Source: an uncultured bacterium (GTDB lineage: Bacteria > Planctomycetota > UBA1135 > GCA-002686595). Taken from it: a stretch of 64,000 nucleotides of DNA. Each line of letters opens with the position of its first letter. Within the stretch, counting starts at the first letter, position 1. The translations under genes and the position numbers were made by a program. Location: NCBI GenBank assembly GCA_943787795.1, contig CALSNU010000006.1, forward strand, positions 1 through 64,000. The letters are read 5' to 3'. The notes beneath the pieces were generated by a model. That model was not told the origin of the DNA, ran no database searches, and saw only the letters and a list, made by a program, of their open reading frames with translations. This document shows positions 59,059-64,000 of this stretch, one piece after another.

Positions 59059-59628
59059 ATGCGTCAGCTGCTCCTCTCTCCGCTCTTCGCAGCCTCGCTG
59101 CTGCTCCCCGCCGTGACCTCCTGCGCCGGCATGGCCCATCATGACGGCGACGGAGCGCACCACGAGCACGCGGACGCTGCCGGCTCGCTGGTGGCCGTGA
59201 TGACGCCCACCGCGGGCAACGAGGCTCGGGGCACGGTGACCTTCGCCGCCGCGGGCCATGGCGTGGTCTGCACCGCGACGATCTCGGGGCTCACCCCGGG
59301 AGACCACGCGATCCACATTCATGAGTTCGGCGACATCCGGCTCGACAACGGCAAGGCCTGCGGGGGGCACTACAACCCCGAGGGGCACGACCACGCCCTT
59401 CCCACCTCCGGGATGCGCCACGCCGGCGACCTGGGGAACCTCACCGCGGACGCCGCTGGAAACGCGAGCTACACGATCGCGCTGGACAACGTGACCATCG
59501 ACGGCGACCACAACCCCATCGTCGGTCGCAGCATCATCATTCACGTGGGCCCCGACGATGGAGGGCAGCCCACGGGGAACGCAGGCGCCCGGGTCTCGCA
59601 GGGCGTGATCGGTTACGCCAAGCCCTGA
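59059..59628 (+). CDS. sodC: Cu/Zn superoxide dismutase lipoprotein with a His-rich N-terminus
   Basis: HAIHIHEFG, GGHYNP, HAGDLGN, GRSIIIH, GNAGAR; lipobox VTSC. Confidence 0.9.
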   Translation: MRQLLLSPLFAASLLLPAVTSCAGMAHHDGDGAHHEHADAAGSLVAVMTPTAGNEARGTVTFAAAGHGVVCTATISGLTPGDHAIHIHEFGDIRLDNGKACGGHYNPEGHDHALPTSGMRHAGDLGNLTADAAGNASYTIALDNVTIDGDHNPIVGRSIIIHVGPDDGGQPTGNAGARVSQGVIGYAKP

Positions 59629-59650
59629 TCCCCGCCGGGCCTCGCTCGAC

Positions 59651-59693
59651 GAAGGGAGCCCCGACCCGCGCAGCGCGGATCGGGGCTCTCTTC
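59651..59693. terminator. Hairpin between convergent sodC and arylsulfatase genes
   Basis: GAAGGGAGCCCCGACCCGCG-CAG-CGCGGATCGGGGCTCTCTTC, an imperfect stem of about 20 bp. Confidence 0.65.
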
Positions 59694-59725
59694 ATGGGCG
59701 CCGCGGCGTCGCCGCCGCGGAGAGC

Positions 59726-62068
59726 TCAGTCGGGGTACTTGATCGTCGTCAGCTTCAGCGTCCCGTTGAAGGGGTAGGGCGCGTCGTCGTAGTAGTCCAG
59801 TGAGACCGGGGAGCCGAGGTCGCTACCCAGGTCGAGGCAATCGTTGGCCGTGAACGCGAAGGGCGCGGTCATGGGGACCTGCCCGCCAGCGACCCGCTTG
59901 CCGTTGACCTTGATGGTGATATCCATGGGCGATGCCGGCTTGGCCGCGGCGAGGCGCGAGGACACCTCGATGACCGCGGGGCCTACCGGGATCTTGGCGT
60001 CGCTCGTGAAGCGCGTCCGCTCGATCTCGAAGAGGTTGTACTCGTAGTTGATCTTGCCGTCCTTCAGGTAGACGGTCATGCCGCCGGAGAACGAGCCGAG
60101 TGCGTAGAGCACGCCCTCCGCGTTCTCGGGGATGTCCGCTTCGATGCGGACGTCATTGTCAAACTTGCCCAGCTTGGGCGCCGCGAACTCGGGCATCCGG
60201 TCGATGGTCCCTCGGAACGTCCAGTCCCGGTAGGGGGTCGCGGGCGCGTCTTCGGGGTGGTAGACGACCGACCAGAGGCCGCCGCCGATGGGGAGGTTGT
60301 TGTTCTTGACGGACTCCACCAGGAACATCTGCTTCATCGTCTCCACCTTCTCGGGCATGGCGCTGGCGAGGTTGTCCGCCTGGCTCCAGTCCTCGTCGAT
60401 GTTGTAGAGCTCCCAGACGTCGTTCTCCGGCGACCAGGTCGCGATGCCCTCCGGGAGGCCCGGGAGCCACGGCGTCCGCACCCCGAAGGTCCCGGCGAAC
60501 CACCCGTCGTGGTAGATGCCCCGGCTGCCCATGATGTCGAAGAACTGGGTGTTGCGCTCGCCCGGCGCGGCCGCGTCGTTCAGCGAGTACTTCATGCTGA
60601 TGCCGTCGATGGGGTCCTGGGGGATCCCGTTGACGGTGCGGGGCTGCTGGATATCCAGGAGCTCGTAGACGGTCGGGGCAATGTCGGCCACGTGGTGGAA
60701 CTGGGGCCGGGGCGTGGCCTCGGCCTTGATGCCCTTGGGCCACGAGACCGCGAGGGGCTGGCGGGTGCCGCCGAAGTGGGCACCCACGAGCTTCATGGAG
60801 CGGTACGGCGTGCTGCCGGCCCAGGCCCAGCCGGCGTGGTACATGTTGTCGGTCTTGGGCGTCCCGAGCGCGTCGAGGCCGCCAAGCTCCTCGAGGGCCT
60901 CAAGGTGCTGGTCGATGGTGGTGGGGATCGAGTTCTGGGCCAGGAGCTCGCTGATCGTTCCGTTCTGCCCTTCGCCCGAGGAGCCGTTGTCCCCCCAGAT
61001 GTAGAAGACGAGGGTGTTATCGAGGCGGCCCTGGGCCTCGATCTCGTCGATGACGCGACCGGCCTCATGGTCCGCGTGTTCGACGAAGCCTGCGAAGACC
61101 TCCATCAGGCGGGACTGGAAGGGCTTCTCCGACTCGGGGATGGAGTCCCAGGAGGCGAGGTTGTCGGGGCGCGGGGTGAGCTGGGCGTTCTGAGGGATCC
61201 AGCCCATGCGCTTGGCCCGCTCGTACGTGCGCTTGCGGTACTCGTCCCAGCCGTCGTCGAACTTGCCCGCGTAGCGGTCCGACCACTCCTTCATGATGTG
61301 GTGCGGACCGTGGGCGCAGCCGGTGGCCCAGTACATGAAGAAGGGCTTGTCGGGCGCGAAGGCCTGCTGCTCACGGAGCCAGTGGATGGCGTCGTCCGCG
61401 AGGTCCTCGGTGACGTGGTACCCCTCCCGGTCGATCTCCTCGTGGTGTACCGGGGTGGTGTTGCGCACCATGTTCGGCTCGTACTGGGAGGCCTCGCCGG
61501 CGAGGAAGCCGTAGAAGTGCTCGAACCCGTAGCCCGTGGGCCAGCGGTCGAAGGGACCCTTCGAGGTCGTCTCCTCGGCGGGGGTGTTGTGCCACTTACC
61601 CCAGGCGCCGGTGTTGTACCCGTAGGCCTTGAGGATCTCCGCCATGGTGGCGGAGGACTTGGGGATGGCGCCGCTGAAGCCGTCCCAATCGTTGGCGAGC
61701 TCACAGATCTGACCGTTCCCCACGCGGGTGTGGTTCCGACCGGTCAGGAGCGAGGCTCGCGTCGGCGAGCACATGGCCGTGGAGTGGAACCGGTTGTACG
61801 AGACCCCCTGCTTTGCGATCCGATCGAGGGTCGGCGTGTTGATCTCACCGCCGTAGGTCGAGGCGGTGCCAGGGCCCACGTCATCGATCAGGATGATCAG
61901 GATGTTCGGCGCATCCTCCGGAAGCCGTCGCGTGGCGACACGCTTCTTGTGGACCGAGTCCTTGATGGTCAGCCCAGGGGTAGACGCGCTGGGAGTCGGC
62001 GGAAACGGGAGGGTCTCCTGGGGCGCCGGGAGGGCGGCGGCCATGAGCAACAGGGCGGTGTGTAGCAT
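59726..62068 (-). CDS. Arylsulfatase (long Cys-type, with C-terminal beta-sandwich)
   Basis: PNILIILIDDVG, CSPTR, GKWH, HGPHH, GDNG. Confidence 0.92.
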   Translation of the reverse strand: MLHTALLLMAAALPAPQETLPFPPTPSASTPGLTIKDSVHKKRVATRRLPEDAPNILIILIDDVGPGTASTYGGEINTPTLDRIAKQGVSYNRFHSTAMCSPTRASLLTGRNHTRVGNGQICELANDWDGFSGAIPKSSATMAEILKAYGYNTGAWGKWHNTPAEETTSKGPFDRWPTGYGFEHFYGFLAGEASQYEPNMVRNTTPVHHEEIDREGYHVTEDLADDAIHWLREQQAFAPDKPFFMYWATGCAHGPHHIMKEWSDRYAGKFDDGWDEYRKRTYERAKRMGWIPQNAQLTPRPDNLASWDSIPESEKPFQSRLMEVFAGFVEHADHEAGRVIDEIEAQGRLDNTLVFYIWGDNGSSGEGQNGTISELLAQNSIPTTIDQHLEALEELGGLDALGTPKTDNMYHAGWAWAGSTPYRSMKLVGAHFGGTRQPLAVSWPKGIKAEATPRPQFHHVADIAPTVYELLDIQQPRTVNGIPQDPIDGISMKYSLNDAAAPGERNTQFFDIMGSRGIYHDGWFAGTFGVRTPWLPGLPEGIATWSPENDVWELYNIDEDWSQADNLASAMPEKVETMKQMFLVESVKNNNLPIGGGLWSVVYHPEDAPATPYRDWTFRGTIDRMPEFAAPKLGKFDNDVRIEADIPENAEGVLYALGSFSGGMTVYLKDGKINYEYNLFEIERTRFTSDAKIPVGPAVIEVSSRLAAAKPASPMDITIKVNGKRVAGGQVPMTAPFAFTANDCLDLGSDLGSPVSLDYYDDAPYPFNGTLKLTTIKYPD

Positions 62069-62205
62069 CAGCGATGAGGGGAAGTTGTGGAGTCCCCTGC
62101 GGCCTGGGCCGCTCGGTCTCGAACGGCTCCCGCAAGGGGCGCTGACGCGGTGTCAGCGAGCGCTCCAGATAATCGCCAAGCTGCGACCACTTGCCAACAG
62201 AGTCC

Positions 62206-64000
62206 TTACCCGTCGCTCTCCTCGGGTGTTCCCCCAGTCCCCCGCACTTCGATCTGATGCGGGCCGCGCGGCTCGCCGCTCTCGAGGTCGAGGGTCACCC
62301 TCAGCGAGCACGGCGTCTGCGCGGGCAGGCCTCGAATGACCCCTTCAAGGGTCCTGCCGGGGGCCCCTGCCGCCGTCCAGCGCTCCTCGAGAAGGGGCTC
62401 GCCACCTTCGGCAGTGAAGACCAGGGACGCACCGGTGATCCGCTTCCCGCGGGGCGCGGTGAGGGTCATCGCGAGGTCAGCGGGCTCGTCGAGGGTCACA
62501 CGCCACCGGCCGTTCTTGCCCCAGCCCCGGCGCTCCTCGGCCTCCGGCCTCCAGTCCTGAATGGTGAGGACGACTGGCTCGCCCCCGAGCGTGATGTGGG
62601 GCGGAGCATAGGCCCGCACGCGGTCGGCGTGAGGGGCGTCTCGCGAGCCTGCGCCCACGACCTCGTCGAACCACCGGTCATAGGTGCCGGAGAGCGCTTG
62701 CAGGACTTCGGGGCGCTGACCGGAGAGGTCCTGCTGCTCGTAGGGATCGGCGGCGAGGTCGTAGAGCTCGGGGTCCCAGGCCGGAGGCACCTCGAGCTCG
62801 TCCCATGGGCGGGTCGCCTGGACGAGCTTGTGGTTCCCGAGGCGCACGAAGGCATGGTGGCGATGCAGCGGCGCGTCCCCCCGATGCCACTGGATCACCA
62901 GAGGGCGCGCGGCCGAGGCTTCGGCCGCGCCCGGTTCGTCCCTGAGGAGCGCGAGGGCCGAGATGCCGTCCAGGTCCTCCGGCGCCTCGTTGAGCGCGCC
63001 GCAGGCCTCAAGGACCGTGGGAAAGAGGTCCACGTGAGCTGCGTATCCCTCCGTACGGATGCCAGGTTCCAGGGTGCCTGGCCAGCGAGCAAAGAGCGGG
63101 CTGCGAACGCCTCCCTCGTAGACGCTCCCCTTGGCGCTGCGAAGACCTTGGTTGTAGCGCCGCCCCTGGGGACCGTTATCGCAGAGGAAGAGCAGCAGGG
63201 TGTTGTCCGCGAGCTCAGCGTCCTCGAGGAAGCGACTCAGCTGGCCCATGTTGACGTCGATGTTCTCGATCATCGCGTAGAGCCGGGCGAGCTTGTCCTC
63301 GTCTTTGAACGTCGCCTGGCGACCGGGCTCGCTGGCGAAGCGCTCGGGGCCAAGCTCCATCGCCGCATACTTGGAACGCAGCTCCTCGGGGACGTCATGC
63401 AGGGGCGTGTGCGGCGCGTTGGGCGTGATCACGCAGAGGAACGGGCGGCCGGCGTCGCTGCACGCCGCCATCCACCGCTCGGCCTCCTGGAAGTAGATGT
63501 CGGTGCAATACCCCTCGAAGCTCTCGGGCGCCCCGTCGTTCATCAGGACCGGGTCGGTGTAGCGGCCCTCGGCGCCAAGGGGATCCGAGGGTTGGCCAAT
63601 TCCGCCGCCCCGATGCACGACGCTGCGGCGAAAGCCCTGGTCCATCGGGCGCATGGGGGGCGCGTCGCCGAGGTGCCACTTGCCGAAGAGGCCGGTCTCC
63701 CAGCCCGCCGCCCCGAGGGCCTCGGCGAGGGTAACCTCCTCGGGCCGCATCATCGCCCGTCCGCGATAGGTGTCGATGGCCCCTGTTCTTTGGGGCTGGC
63801 GTCCGGTCATCAGCGCCGCCCGCGTCGGTGTGCAGACGGGGTGTACGTAGAAGTGCCGTAGCTGGACGCTCTCGCTTGCGAGTTGATCGAGGTGCGGTGT
63901 CTGCAGGGCAGGGTTGCCGTGGAGGGAGAGGTCGCCCCAGCCCTGGTCGTCGGTCATCACGAGGATGACGTTGAGCGCGTCGGCTGGAGCGTGGGCGGGC
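62206..64000 (-). CDS. Arylsulfatase (5' end outside the window)
   Basis: NVILVMTDDQG, CTPTR, GKWHLG, PHTP, CDNG, KGSVYEGG. Confidence 0.9.
   Translation of the reverse strand, partial: PAHAPADALNVILVMTDDQGWGDLSLHGNPALQTPHLDQLASESVQLRHFYVHPVCTPTRAALMTGRQPQRTGAIDTYRGRAMMRPEEVTLAEALGAAGWETGLFGKWHLGDAPPMRPMDQGFRRSVVHRGGGIGQPSDPLGAEGRYTDPVLMNDGAPESFEGYCTDIYFQEAERWMAACSDAGRPFLCVITPNAPHTPLHDVPEELRSKYAAMELGPERFASEPGRQATFKDEDKLARLYAMIENIDVNMGQLSRFLEDAELADNTLLLFLCDNGPQGRRYNQGLRSAKGSVYEGGVRSPLFARWPGTLEPGIRTEGYAAHVDLFPTVLEACGALNEAPEDLDGISALALLRDEPGAAEASAARPLVIQWHRGDAPLHRHHAFVRLGNHKLVQATRPWDELEVPPAWDPELYDLAADPYEQQDLSGQRPEVLQALSGTYDRWFDEVVGAGSRDAPHADRVRAYAPPHITLGGEPVVLTIQDWRPEAEERRGWGKNGRWRVTLDEPADLAMTLTAPRGKRITGASLVFTAEGGEPLLEERWTAAGAPGRTLEGVIRGLPAQTPCSLRVTLDLESGEPRGPHQIEVRGTGGTPEESDG

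Overview
This is a high-GC (about 70% by eye) bacterial window with about 40 genes. Its content (DUF1501/DUF1553 and DUF1552/DUF1592 clusters, a PVC-type heme-CxxCH protein, DUF1080, an ECF-sigma/Ser-Thr kinase pair and eight sulfatase-family domains) points to Planctomycetota; that placement is an inference. I found no rRNA, tRNA, CRISPR array or mobile element. Five genes carry seven frameshifts, each explained by one extra base in a homopolymer, most likely sequencing error. The leading signal is a shared Cys-bracketed C-terminal domain of about 125-140 aa ([YF]C...NS...GxxC...[FY]Qx[WF][YH]RD...N[FW][TS][ND]) on three otherwise unrelated secreted proteins, a candidate lineage-specific sorting or anchoring domain. 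Also notable are a near-consensus sigma-54 promoter ahead of a HEAT-repeat / mini-secretin-like lipoprotein / SHOCT lipoprotein / DUF1592-DUF1552 run, a GcvT-like plus phytoene-dehydrogenase-like gene pair, a sulfatase-like protein with degenerate metal ligands, and a multidomain di-heme protein. All family assignments come from motif recognition by eye, not database searches.
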